Source of the DNA: Curvularia clavata
Taxonomy: Eukaryota
Length of the DNA: 64,000 nucleotides
Assembly: GCA_023920165.1 (NCBI GenBank)
Contig: CP089274.1
Location: 5,208,001 to 5,272,000 of the forward strand
Direction: 5' to 3'
Below, piece after piece: positions 34,029 to 46,346 of this stretch. The first letter of the stretch is position 1. Each line of letters opens with the position of its first letter. Below the pieces are notes generated by a model. That model did no database searches and was not told the DNA's origin. It saw nothing but the letters and a program-made list of their open reading frames with translations. The position numbers were made by a program, and so were the translations under genes.

Positions 34029-35424
34029 CTATCTCACTTCGCACCTCGGCATGTACCTATCCATGCTTCCAGCATCCAGGAACCCTGTTGGTGTTTCCAT
34101 ATCCATTTCATCTGCCTCGCTCGTGTGCAGGCTCTCGTAGCCTGAAGGCGACGAGGCGGATAACCATGGGTTGGGTTCAGTCATGAAATCATCCAGCTGG
34201 TCGTAGCTGTGTTCTGATGGCGTGGCCCAGCCTTCTGACTCAGTCACCGAGGGTGTGAGCATGTTGGCCCAGTCGATGTGTGGTTGCACGTGCTGACGGT
34301 TGGCAATAGGTTTTTCGAAAAAGGAACATTCCGAAGGCGTCTGGCTTGGGGCAAATGGGAAGCGGAGGGCCATGTCCGAGCCGACAAACGAGTTGAACCT
34401 CTCGTCCTCATGGACTACACCGCGCGTAACCCCAAAGTCGTTGCATATCGCCTCCACTGTCTGCATGTCGCAGCCAGGGAAATGAACCCTGAGTGCCGAG
34501 TTTTCATATGATATGGGTAGGTCTCCCAATCCTGACAAACGCTGCAAGTCGTTCAAAACCGCCGCCAATTCCTGGACAGCGCGGGAGAAGTCGACAGAGA
34601 GGGCGTCCAAAAGACCCTCGCTGTGGAGCGTCTCCTTCTCCTGAGCGAAAGAAGCAAAGCCCTTGACAGCCTTCAGGGGAGTGAGAGCGGTGACAGTGGG
34701 GTTGATGTTGAAGTTGATATAAGAGCCAGGGCTGGTCTTGGGAACCTTGTTCAGTGTACGGTTGACTTGAGCTTGGAGTGCCGACACGCTCTTGAAACGC
34801 TTCTCACCAGTGTGCGGATTGACACCATCGAACTGGGCCTTTTGTCCGCCGACGAGGAATGCGCGCACAGCCTGAGAGACATTGTTGATGACCTGAGCAG
34901 GCGCAGCAGGGCCATGCGAGAAGTATCGAGCGCCTCCGGTCCTGCCGGAGCCCCATCCATAACCCCCCGCGGTCCGTCCAAGGGCACCACCCGTGAGGTT
35001 AGGACGAAGAGTCGATGCAAAGGGTGCACGACCAGCCTGCGCGATGACGATGCTTCCAATCCGAGATTTGGGAAACGAGGCCTTGTCGTACTTTACACCC
35101 GCATTGCGAGCAGCCGACGTAGTGAATCGTCTAACGGCGGCACCAATCAGGCTATGCGTCGTGTACCATCGGCCCTTGCTCTGCTTGAGGTAGGCGATGC
35201 GATGAAGAGGGTGTTTGGGAGCGTTCCGCGCAAGAATGGGCTGTAGAACTGCATCTGTAGGTCTTGCGGATTCAGGTAGTTGTTTCTGTACCAGTTTCGC
35301 TGCATGTTTCCAGGCGGCCCTTTGATATGTCAGTATGTAGTTGCCTAGCAAGACAGGAACAAACTCACTTGAACGCTTTCGCGTTCGTGACCACCAGTCT
35401 ATGCAGCACCGCGGCCGGTGCCAT
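34029..35424 (-). CDS. Fungal hypothetical protein; exons 35424-35369, 35319-34029
   Basis: Long ORF with spliced start MAPAAVLHRLVVTNAKAFK|AAWK (GTGAGT..CTGAC..AAG); basic N-terminal half, acidic C-terminus; function not assignable. Confidence 0.72.
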
Positions 35425-36382
35425 GGTGAGATTGTGTTACCAAGAGGGGAGAGGAGTAGTGAGTCCCTGAAGTGTGGGGAAGGCGACCTTAATGAGGCGC
35501 AGGGTGTTATCGCCACCGGCGTCGGGGCTGGCACTCTAAAATGCCGAGCCACCATGACGATCACATGCCACCTCACTCACCGACCCGTATGCTCCCAAAT
35601 GCTGTTGCCTGCTACTTGTAGTTCCAAAATGTTTCTGGAGACAGTGGGAATGAACATCACTTGGTGTCCTTTTCTTGCGCCTGGAAACAATTCCCTCAAC
35701 GCATTTATGTGCTCACACCTAGCCATCTCGAATGAGTCATGGACTAGCATAGCCTTTGATGGGATACGTAAGAGTTTGAATTACCGGTGAGGCAACAGAC
35801 ACCACGTCTATATTCCGCACTGGGGAAGTATTATGCACGACCGGGAACACCTGTGATTCTCATGATTCTGCAAAGTCAGATAGTCTGGTTAATATCTTCC
35901 ATTTCGTACTTTTACAAAGCCAAAGCCCACATTTGCACATAAGAAACAAATACCGATGCCGCTATGTTTGAGGGGAGAAACATGTTTTCTGGGGCTGTAT
36001 GCGGGGCTGAGGGAATGCGAGAAAAACAACCACATAATACGCCAGCCTTGAATGCTATAGAGACCCTGTGCAAAGCCCGTAGATCCAGAGAAGACGGTAA
36101 ACCAGATCCTTTGAAGGGTATTTCGTATCGTGTTGGAATGGAATCGTGTGAACATTAAGAGAAGCCAAAACTGTGTGCAAAAGGGTCTATCGGAAACATG
36201 GGACGGACCGCCGACCGTACAAAAACGCCAAAACATGAACTTTTTGTTGATGTGTGAAATGCCCAGAGAATTCGCAAGGACGTTCGGAAACAACGACCAC
36301 AGCTGATGGAAAAAGCGCCGAAAGACATCAGCTCTTGCAAGTACTGATGTCCCTACGGAGCCCATCAGGTACAAACAGACAG

Positions 36383-39300
36383 TCATGTTGTCAGTAGAGC
36401 TAATGTCTCCGCATCGAGCAAGTCGCTGATGCGCTTCCAACTCTCAGGAAAGATGCCACCGCTGTGAACAGCCGACCGTAGTTGGTCGAAAGCATGACGC
36501 CCATCCTCGAAATTGATCAATTCAACGTAGTCAAAAGCGACCTGCCACCGAATGGCTCCATGTGGCGAAAGCAAAGACTCGACGTAAAACTTGACCAAAC
36601 TCGAGATTCCGGCATCCGTTCCCCAGTAGATGGCGTCTTCGAGAGCCAGATAACGGAATTCGTCGTACATTGATTGATTGAAATTCCGGACCAGAAAGTG
36701 TGACCAGAATTGATAAAGAACGTTCATATCGTAAGGAGTTGCGCCAAAGGGGGCGTTCGAGCGCTTTCGAAGAGCTTTTGACCGAAGGTGATAATACGAC
36801 TCATGCGAATAATCATAAGGAATGAAATGGACCGGGTTCTCTTGGTCCTTGACCCGGTAGAGGCGAACAGGAGGAGAAGTTGATTGTTGAGACTGCTCTT
36901 CAATAACACTGCTCCGTGTATTAGCTTTGATTTTGGACATGAGCTTGTGAGGAGCATGAATGTGAAGCATGTAACGAGACTGGTCTCGATGGTCGGCAGC
37001 ACAGGAGCGCATTGGGTACGCATGAGCAGTGCGAGGGCCGCAGCAACATGTTGTGAGAATGGTGGAAGCGCCGACTTACCCATCGAGAGAGCTGGTGTCG
37101 CTGGCGTTGAATTGACATGAGATCAACTTATCCAGTTTGCCTGACGGGCCGTTTTTACTATCAATAAATTCATTAGAAAATGCTCGTGGAGATGAAACAG
37201 GTAACGCTTCTTGTAATCGGTCTTGCTTGCGGACAACAATTGTCAAGCCGCCAACTTGGAAATCAGAAAATGAATCAGGTTCAACACTCACAGCCGTTGT
37301 TGAGGCCTCTTCTGGGTGGCCGTTGGGGATGGCCGCACCATTCGCCTCTTCCACAGATGCACCGTTGACTACAGTCTCAGCCGGTGCAAGTCCAGCATCC
37401 TGAGGAACGGGATGGAAACCGTTCATCTGAGGGTATGTGCCGTCAGCTCCGTAGGGTGGCATGGGAAAGCCAGGAGACATGGTCTGCCATTGTGACATGT
37501 TCGAGGGATCGAAGCCTGCAGGTTGGGTAATCTCAGGCCGCTTAAGCTCTTTCGGGCCATCATTCTGTGCTGACGGGTCACGGTCTGCCATTTCAAGCAC
37601 CCACTGTGCCCAGCCATCCTTGCGACGCAAGCGGTCTTGGCCATCTTCGCCAGTGCGATACTCGATGGACTTGGACTGCTGGCAAACATATTTGATCAAG
37701 TCAAGGTCGGGTGACAGGTGCTTAATACGGTTGAAACCAGCGATGAACTCGAGCGAGACGAATCCCTGAGAGTCCATGTGGCGACGCAGAAACATGTCCT
37801 TGAGCAGGTTGTCAACAGAGAAATAGTACTCCCTAGTATACTGTTAGTAATAGTTGATTGCTATGGCCAAAGCAAACTTACACCTGGGTAGTGAGCAAGC
37901 TGAGGAGATAGGACTGATCAAATCCGTATGGGCTGAATGGGGTAGTAGCACTCATTGGCTGTACCATGCCGTAGGAGTACATGTCATGGGACGTCTGCAG
38001 AGGGGCAACTGGATATCCGTTCTGGTAGGATGAGAACCGGTAGGGATCAGTAGTAAGCGACTGCGACCGATGGCTGTTGCGGCTGTACTTGCCCTGGGAG
38101 GCTGGGAAGAAGCTGTTGCTCTCAGGGACAAAAGTAGTGGGAGACCGTGAGCCTGCGGGGAAACTTGTGGAAGAATGTCCGTTGGTGAAGTGGTGGCCGT
38201 TGGCATAGCCGCCACGAGCGCCGCGACCACCTCGACCACGTTCACGGCCGCTGGAGAATGAACTGAAACGCTTGGAGTGGCCGTGTGGGCCATCCTGGTG
38301 GGAGGGCGCACGGCGCTCACCATCTGCGGGAGCATCTGCTTGCGTTCCAGCGGGAGTCCAGGTGTTATCCTTGGTGGGTGACGATGCACCGTCTCTCCTT
38401 CGCTCTCCAGCACCGTGGAAATCGCCTCGTCGACCCTTGTGGGGCTTGTTAGGGTACTGGCGGGGGTAGGCACCATTCTGATGCGGTGCCTGTGAGGACG
38501 GCTTAGCGTTTGCTTCAGACTCGGTGGTTCCGTTGCTCTGTGCCTTTGCAGCAGCATCTCCGTTAGTTGTGGGAAGCTGGTTCTTCAGTGGAGGAGACGC
38601 AGCACCACCAGCACGCTTGGACTTGAGAGGACCATCTTGCGAGGCGGCCTTGGTCTGCTCGCCATTTGGTGCCGATCCATCCTTCTCAAGCTGCTCGGCA
38701 TTGTTATTCAAGCCAGCGGACCTGCCACCAGTCTGCGCTGCGCCACGTCCTCCGGGCCTACCACCTCGCCTTGCGTTTGCCGCATTAGGCAAAGGTGTGT
38801 TGAACACGACGGATGGAGTGTATGGGATTTTCACCCACTCCTGCTTGCTGGTAGGGGCACCATCTTTGCGCTCCTTCTCAACCTTGTCGCCCTTCTCTTG
38901 GGCCTTCTTGCGGTCTTCATCGACAGCGGTATCTGGAGTTGGCCATGATTCCTGGTCACGGTGCGGGGGCGGGGGGAGAACGCTCGATGTCGATTTGGTG
39001 TCTTTGTCGGAAAACCTGCCCTTGGCACCATTTCGAGTCTCGACGTCACCCTTGAAGTCTTTTCGGCCAGAAGCACCTTCGCTTCGGCCCTTGTTCCTGC
39101 TCTCTCCGTTGACGGCCTTCTCTTGGGATGTTGAATCGCCCTTCTTCGCAGGAGTGCCGTTCAGCCCTTGTGAGGCACCGTTCAATGCGGATGCAGGAGC
39201 AGCCTTCTGCGCCTTGGACTTCATCTCGTCGGCCCGGATCTTCCACGGGTTGACGGTCGGTACGGGTGCCTCGTGAAGGGCCTTGGCGACTGCATTCTTT

Positions 39301-39743
39301 CCCTTCTTGACTTTGTCTGATGTCTTTTCAACGGGCTCGACAGACTTGTCGACGGAAGTAGAGGCCTGAGACTTGTTGTCCCAGGTAGTGGACTCGGATG
39401 CGGTATTTGGAACCGAGGAAACATCGTCATCCTTGGTGACAGTTGACGAGGACGAGGCGCCCAGATCTGGCGAGGATACATTTGAAGCATCTACAGGCTG
39501 TGAAGACTTGGTTATGTCGGAAGCAGGCTGCTCTGCGCGCACCTCACGGACTGCTGCGGGCTGCTCGGAACGTGACTCTGCCTCGACGTCTTCAGCCCAG
39601 TTGGCTGGTGAGGCATGAGTGTCTGGGACAGGGGCGCTGCTTGCATCCTTGGATGGGGTCGCGGAGCCGGACGTCGGCTTGCTCGCGGTGGTGGGCGTGG
39701 AAATGCCTTTTGCGGCTTGCGCATATGAAAAGGTGGAAGCCAT
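36383..39743 (-). CDS. La-related RNA-binding protein (LARP1/Sro9-like) with La motif and C-terminal DM15-like region; exons 39743-37882, 37832-37080, 36908-36383
   Basis: [27 protein letters not shown] (La motif, after splicing), RGG boxes, LYQFWSHFLVRNFNQSMYDEFRYLALED (DM15-like); both introns in phase. Confidence 0.88.
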
Positions 39744-40086
39744 TGCGAAATTTGTGTCTGTGTCTCGGCTAAAGTCGAATTGCTAAAGGCGAGGGTGAGC
39801 GCTCAGAATCCCAGGTGGGAGCGCTGCAGCGATCTGACCAGCAGGTGGAGGTGCTGGTATGTCCGGAGAGGTATGTCTTGACCTCCCCGCACGCAAGCCT
39901 TTTTTTCGCAGCTACCAAGATTCGGGTCGGCGATGAAATGAGGGTGGCGCGTAGTAACCCTGCGGCGGCAGAGGACTATATGGGGCCGTGGGCGTTGGTC
40001 CGTAGCCGAGGCGATCACACACGCAGTGGGAAAGTGAATGTGCTTCTACGCACGACCTGTGAAGACCGGGGTTGCTGTTGTGCGTG

Positions 40087-40469
40087 CTGAAAGAATTGGC
40101 GTTAGCGATATTTTTTTCTGGAATGGAAATCAGGCAAGATGACAGTAATCGAAGTGTGAATAAGAAATGTTGAATGGAAGACGCCCAAGGCAGTCATGCG
40201 CTGAGAGAGCGGGTGTGGCGGGTATGGGTGGTGGTAGGTCTGGGAGCGCAGGGTAGGTCGGACTCAAGACAGCTTGGGCGGTAGCTGGTGAGTATACAAG
40301 AGGAAGAGTGAGCAGCATCCGAGCGGCTACTGGAGAGTGGCCAGAGGCACATGGCGGAAAGGTACAGCGAAAAAAAAAACATTGCGCGGGGTTGCCAAAC
40401 AGGCTCCGGGCGCGGAAGAGGAAGGTAGCAAGCATGTAGTGGCATGCTGCTCGTATGAGCACAACTAAC
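40087..40469 (-). other. Predicted 5'-UTR intron of the LARP1-like gene
   Basis: Minus strand AAG|GTTAGT donor and GCTAAC..TTCTTTCAG acceptor. Confidence 0.6.
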
Positions 40470-41594
40470 CTTTGGCAAGCAGTCTCCGGTGACTGTGGGA
40501 GTGATTGGGGGCGGGAGGTCGAGTCGAGCCGATGAGGGGCTGCGTCGAGTCGAGGTGGGAGAAGGAGAGATCGGGAGGGCGGGCGGTGGTAGAAGTAGAG
40601 AATGAGGGTGGGGAGTGGCAGACGAGGTCAGGTCCAAGGTCGGCAGGCAGGGACTCGTCCAGGCACCACCACAAGAGAGAAGTCGACGGCACGGGCGGGC
40701 TGAGGCGGCGTCTTTGGCGTCGTGTGCAGGTTGTCGAGGCAGACCAGGCGCCGGGAGACAAAATTGACAGTCGTGTGTGCGGGCGGTGCAAGCGCAGGTG
40801 GGAAACAAGAGGGTCACTGTGAAGCGCGAATTTTTCTTTAGTCAACTTGGGTGCTCTACCTAAAAGAAGCCGACAGCCAGCCCAGCCCACACACACAGAT
40901 TCGCTCACACTTGCTCACGCTACCTCTCGGCGCATTCGCCCGCGCCCTTGGCCCAGCCAGGCCCATAAAGCCAGCCTGCGCGCTCATTCATTGCGTTACT
41001 GCGCTGCGCTGCCATGCGCTGCGTGCTTGCAATTTCGGCCACGGGAGGTTGGACGCGCCCTCTGCACGCCAATGACGTCTCGCGAGCGCCTCGACCCCTC
41101 ACCCTCATCCTCACCCTCATCGGCCGTGGTACAAGCAGAAGCATCATCACCACGGCCAGCTATGCAATAACATGTGCCTGCTTCGTGGCCTGTCGACGCC
41201 TTCCTGCCGCCGTGCTTTGCTGCCCTCCTGCCAATTCTCGCCGCCTGCCCGACACGGCGTCGGCATGGCCCGTTGCCTGAGGCCCCAATTGGCTTCCATC
41301 TCGGGCTTCCTCGTGTGCAAGCCATAATTAGCGGCACCGCAAGCGGGCCCCATCCCGCAATCCTTGTGCCATGCGGAAAAACGGGATTATGTATTAAAGG
41401 TATTGCCGAAGCACCGCCACCGTATTGCCTGCTTGGGGTGGTACCTCGAAGCAATTAGTATTAGACATACGTACGACATACCTCCGGCCATGCGCTTGCG
41501 TGGCTGTCAGTTGCCTAGTATATGCCTAACCATTCATCCATCATACACGCACGCGCTGGTACCGCATCGCTGCCTCGGTCGCGATAAGCTGATA

Positions 41595-43384
41595 AGCTCG
41601 GCCATATAGTGTTCGGCCACATATAGTGGTCGGCCACCTTGGCCAGCCCACAACACAATTTAGATTCGCGATTTTCTCAACAACAACAATTACATTTGCC
41701 ACTCATTACACATAGAGCTAAGAGTAAGCGCAGCCGCTTCTGCTGCTGCTTTTTCAGCTTCTTTTTCAGCTGAAACAGTTGCCCGTTGTGCCTGTAGAGC
41801 TGCTGCTTGGTCAATAGCAGCCTTAATACTCTCAACGTTACTAAAGCGTTCATTTGGGTTAACTTGAACTCGTTTTCTTACGCGAGTAATCTTGTAGCTA
41901 TCTAGTTGATATCTAAGCTGTTGATTTTGAGCTTCAAGTTGGGCAGCTCTAGTATTTGCCTCCGCAATAGCCTTACCTGCTTTGCTAAGCACAAGCCGGG
42001 TGCTTCGTGAGAGAGATTCTGACAGTAGTAGCTGCTGTTGGGTCTTATGTAGAGCCTGTGAGCTCCGAGGGGTATTAAAGACTTGTTGTGGTAGTTCTTG
42101 GGCCTGACGGGCGGCTGGCGGAGTAACTGGTCGGCTAGTTATTTGAGACGAGAGCAGCACAATGTCCGGGTTGTATGGACAGAGCCCAGCAGCCCTCCAG
42201 CCAGCTCTAACAACACGCTCTGATAGTCCTTCTGCTCTAGCTTTATTGTATGATATAACAAAGCGCTCTTTCTTTACTGGTGCTGCGTCGTCAAGCGCTG
42301 AGAGAGCTTGAATCTGATTACGATAGCGAGACTTGAGTACAGAGAAGGGGGCTAGATCTAGCGGCTGCAGCAAGTGAGAGGCATGCGCAGGAAGATATAG
42401 TAGCTGGATCCTATTCACCTTACAGAGCCACATGAAGTCGATAGGCGTGTGGGAGCCATGGCCGTCAAGAAGGAGTAGTCGATATCCACCACTTGTAGGC
42501 GCAGTATTTGGTATAAAAATCCGCTGTAGCCACTCAGATCCAATCAAATTCGACGTCCACCCATTCTCTGACGTAGTGTATAGCCAATCTGGTGTACTAG
42601 TAGCTGGAAACCACGTAGTTTGAAGATGCTTGCCCTTGAAGATAACTAGGCACTGGAGCTTGGCGCCTGTGGCGGAGACGGTCTCAATAACTGACACCCA
42701 CTCGCGATCCTCTGGAGACTTGACGTAAGCTTTCTTCTTTGAAGAGCTTGCAAGCACCCTAGCGTTTGTACATACCCCTAGCGCTACTCCAGTCTCGTCC
42801 ATATTCCATATATCTTCATACTGTATGCCTAGCTCTATACGCGTACGCTCGAAGAGCTCAAGAAAAGCTTTCACAGTCTCGTAGTTGGCGCCAGTAGTAC
42901 GTGCGCTCTCGATCTTTCTGCCGACTATTGATGCGACGCGTGGGTTACGGGCGATAAAGTGAGATACCCATAGTTGCCCAAGTGGCTGGTAGTCGCCATT
43001 CATGTGTAGAATTCTAGTAGCCATTTCTCGGACACGTGGATGAGATGGCGGCTGTGCGCGTGAGTCTTCTTCGATTATCCACTCTACTAGAAAATGCTCT
43101 TGTTCGGGAGTCAATCGCTGCTGGTGTTGGTGAGCTGTCGCGTTGGGTTGTCGGCCTTGGAGACGTTCTTGAAGTGTGGATCGCGGAATACCATAGGCCT
43201 GAGCAGCCTTGCGCTGGCTAGTAAAAACACCAGAATTTAAATCTCTGATAGCAGATTGTATAGCTAGCTCACGGGGATCCATTTTGGATTCGTGGTGTTG
43301 AGAATACAGACGGAAGTCACGCGTTGTGGTGGGTGGCCGAGGTGGCCGACCACTACATGTGGCCGAACACTATATGGCCGAGCT
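41595..43384 (-). mobile_element. Fot1/pogo-family DNA transposon, element D (intact, potentially active)
   Basis: TA at 41593-94 and 43385-86; 51-bp TIR AGCTCGGCCATATAGTGTTCGGCCACATRTAGTGGTCGGCCACCTYGGCCA with 2 mismatches. Confidence 0.96.
41690..43282 (-). CDS. Pogo/Fot1-like transposase, 530 aa
   Basis: NMDETGV, LDGHGSH, LQPLDL; uninterrupted ORF. Confidence 0.94.
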   Translation of the reverse strand: MDPRELAIQSAIRDLNSGVFTSQRKAAQAYGIPRSTLQERLQGRQPNATAHQHQQRLTPEQEHFLVEWIIEEDSRAQPPSHPRVREMATRILHMNGDYQPLGQLWVSHFIARNPRVASIVGRKIESARTTGANYETVKAFLELFERTRIELGIQYEDIWNMDETGVALGVCTNARVLASSSKKKAYVKSPEDREWVSVIETVSATGAKLQCLVIFKGKHLQTTWFPATSTPDWLYTTSENGWTSNLIGSEWLQRIFIPNTAPTSGGYRLLLLDGHGSHTPIDFMWLCKVNRIQLLYLPAHASHLLQPLDLAPFSVLKSRYRNQIQALSALDDAAPVKKERFVISYNKARAEGLSERVVRAGWRAAGLCPYNPDIVLLSSQITSRPVTPPAARQAQELPQQVFNTPRSSQALHKTQQQLLLSESLSRSTRLVLSKAGKAIAEANTRAAQLEAQNQQLRYQLDSYKITRVRKRVQVNPNERFSNVESIKAAIDQAAALQAQRATVSAEKEAEKAAAEAAALTLSSMCNEWQM

Positions 43385-44901
43385 TAATGCGCGTCTGGAT
43401 TGGTTACTGGTTTGGGAATGCAGCAACGCCAATACTCAGCCTGTGCAGAGGCACGTGCCAGTCGACATTGGACGTCTCACAAACTGACCTCAGACTGTCC
43501 AAGTCAACTTTAGAAGCCCTCTCCTGTGCTGATCCTTCCATGCGTCTTACAAATCTCCGCCAAAGAGGCACTCGCGCCCTCCCAGCAACTTTGGCCTAGT
43601 GGTCATTGCAATCTATTCTCAATCTACCTTTAAAATTTATATATACATGCAACAGATTGCTTGTTAAGAAAAAATCAAGTCGAAACGATTGCTGAACGGA
43701 AAGGAAAAAAGGGTTCAGGCACCATCTCCCGCAATTTGTCCGTGACCTCTGGAAAAAAAGCTTCGTTCCTCTCCGCATTCCTCCGTCCCGGTCTTGCCTC
43801 GTGTTTCCCCTACAACCTTGTAAGCTCGGAAAATAGCAATTTCTTAACAGTAATGTTAGAGCACCCAAAACACTACCTTCGTGTACAGCTGAAATGCTAA
43901 CTAACTCAGCACTCTAAACTATTCTCTCAGTATGCGTCACCAATTCCACGTAGTGACCGTGAATTATTTCGTGTCTTGATAATATGCCTTGGGCGACAGC
44001 TCGGATTGGTTTTCCGGTTTTACCGGTTGTGTACAGGAGAGCCTCGGGTCTCGTGAAGAATGCGCCTGGCACGACACACGTGACCCGGCCTGGCCCGTCG
44101 CCGCATCGCTATTCACAGCATCACGTACCGCAGTATGCGCCTTAGGTATTGTGCCGCCAAGGCGTTTTTTTGTGCAAAACTACCATATATACAAGGCTCG
44201 CATACAGGCACACACATGCCAGTCTCGTCTTACTATACTCAACTATGCCCAACGCCGGAAAGTGGTTGGCAAGCGGCTTTTGTTTCGTTCAACGTAAGCG
44301 GCAAGATCCTTGTAAAAGAGTAGGATTCTGTTCAGTTGATAGTCGTGTCTGTACTGAGAGGTGCGCTAAATGACAGAACGCATGACCTCAAGATAGACGC
44401 TTCGTCGGCGTATGACATGAGCCGTCATCTTGCATGTTCGCTCCAAGGGGTCACATCATCAACGCTTCCAAGGAAGTAGTGAGCAATCTCTCCCGTGAAA
44501 CTGGAAAATGGCACTCTAGCAAAGCCACTATATTTCAAAGCAGCCGTAGTTGTTATAGTCACACTATTTACTGTACTTTCACTCTATTGACAGCGTAGGT
44601 GATGTCGTTTTAATTTTCCAACTTTACTGACTGCGGGAAAACCGGTACACTATGGCGAGATAGGGTTGCTGCATCCACTTGCACAGAGTGAAAGAAGCAC
44701 CATGGTAATCGTAGACTGAGATCAAAGACGCGTCGTGGAAGACGAACAAGCTGCAACCACTCCGATTGGCTGCCCCATGCCTACCGTGCCCTGATTGCTT
44801 GGCGTGCCGTTCTCTCACTTCCGCTTCGTCTCCGCAACCCGACTCAACCCCTCACGTCATACCACCCACCCAGTCGCAATACGTTTAATCAATCCATCGC
44901 C

Positions 44902-45617
44902 ATGTCCGAAAATAACGCCCAGCCTTCCGACACCAACATGGAGGTGAACGATGAGCTTGACCGCACCGTTGATGAGGAGATTAAGCACGACGCGACAGAG
45001 GCCGATGCCATGAATCTCGACGGCGCAAACGATACAGAGCCTCCCGCGGTGAACGGCGTATCAGATCCAGTCGCCAGCTTTGAAGCGCGGATACCTGCCA
45101 AAAAGGATGCAACGTTGCGCGAGTTCCTGGGGAAGATGGACGAGTACGCGCCCATTGTATGCTCACCCAGCCTCCGAGTGACATGGCCATGTACTGACAG
45201 CACCGCCAGATCCCTGATGCAGTGACAAACTACTACCTCACGCGCGCCGGTCTGCCACCACCGCCTCAGACATCGCAGCATCTTGCGCGCCTCTTAGCGC
45301 TTGCGACACAGAAGTTTATTGCAGACATCGCCGCCGACGCCTACCAGTTTTCCCGTATTCGCTCTTCAAACACAACAAGCAACAACCCCATGGGCGGCGC
45401 CGGAGGGCCACCTGCAGCAGCTGCGCCGGGCGGAGCACCAGGTGGGAAGGACAGTGGAACCAAGGCCAAAGACTACAACCTTGGCATCCAGCGGCCTGGC
45501 TACGGTGGAGGTGGTCAGGGTGGTAGCCAAGGACGTACTGTGCTCACCATGGAAGACCTGGGCATGGCCGTCGGCGAGTACGGCGTCAACATCAAGCGTG
45601 GCGAGTTCTACCGTTAG
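44902..45617 (+). CDS. TAF10: TFIID/SAGA subunit Taf10; exons 44902-45156, 45210-45617
   Basis: [61 protein letters not shown]. Confidence 0.95.
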
Positions 45618-45884
45618 TCTTGCATTCATGCCGTCCCTAGGCGGCCCACTTGGCATCCGCTTTCATCATCGTACGTGAAAGCTGAGTAATGACGGACATG
45701 GGTATCTTGCTATCACAAGAGGCATCATAGGCGTTGAATTGGCATCGCTGGCGTAAGGGGTTTTTGATCGGAGTATTTCGCCCAGCAAAGGGCTCATTGC
45801 AATTGTACAGTAGCAGTACAGAATCGTTTTAGACAAATCAAAATGATACCCAAACTCCCATAAGATGTTCGCGTGACCCGTTCT

Positions 45885-46346
45885 TCATTTGTTCTTGGTA
45901 TGCTTGTATACGAACTGCTTCCGTGTCCTAGAATCAAATCATCAGCCAAAGCTTCCTCTCTCGTGTTTGCCAACACTGGCACATTCGGAAAGACGTACGG
46001 CGCAAATTCTCCCAGTTTGTGCCCTACCATATCCTCCGTAATGGTGATATCCAGGTAACTCTTGCCATTGTGAATTTGGAACTTGAGGCCGACAAAATTT
46101 GGCAGTATCGTGGCAGAGCGGGCTTGTGTCTTGATTGGTGGGACTCGTTCACCCGCCTTTTTCTGTACTATTGGGAGACTTTTGAACGCAGTTAGAGAGG
46201 TTGTTGGGGGGCTTCAGGTAGAGGCGTACGGGACGATATTGGGTCCTAGCGAACAGTAAGTTTTCTCTCATATCTAGCCAGACAATTCGAAGCAGGGAAT
46301 TACCTTTCCAGACCGATCGAGCGCATAGCGCGCGCGTGGGTAACAT
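45885..46346 (-). CDS. RSM19: Mitochondrial ribosomal protein uS19m (4 exons)
   Basis: Spliced product [45 protein letters not shown]; three canonical introns and a 16-nt microexon. Confidence 0.92.

Noticed and set aside
41583..41600. GATAAGCT GATAAGCT duplication at the left junction of element D, possible excision footprint
   Set aside because: The second copy is formed by the TA plus TIR itself; the first is a plausible host GATA site and cannot be resolved without the empty allele
43821..43830. TAAGCTCGGA matching the terminus of element A
   Set aside because: Only 10 bp, no partner end or internal repeats; equally explained as a splice donor or chance
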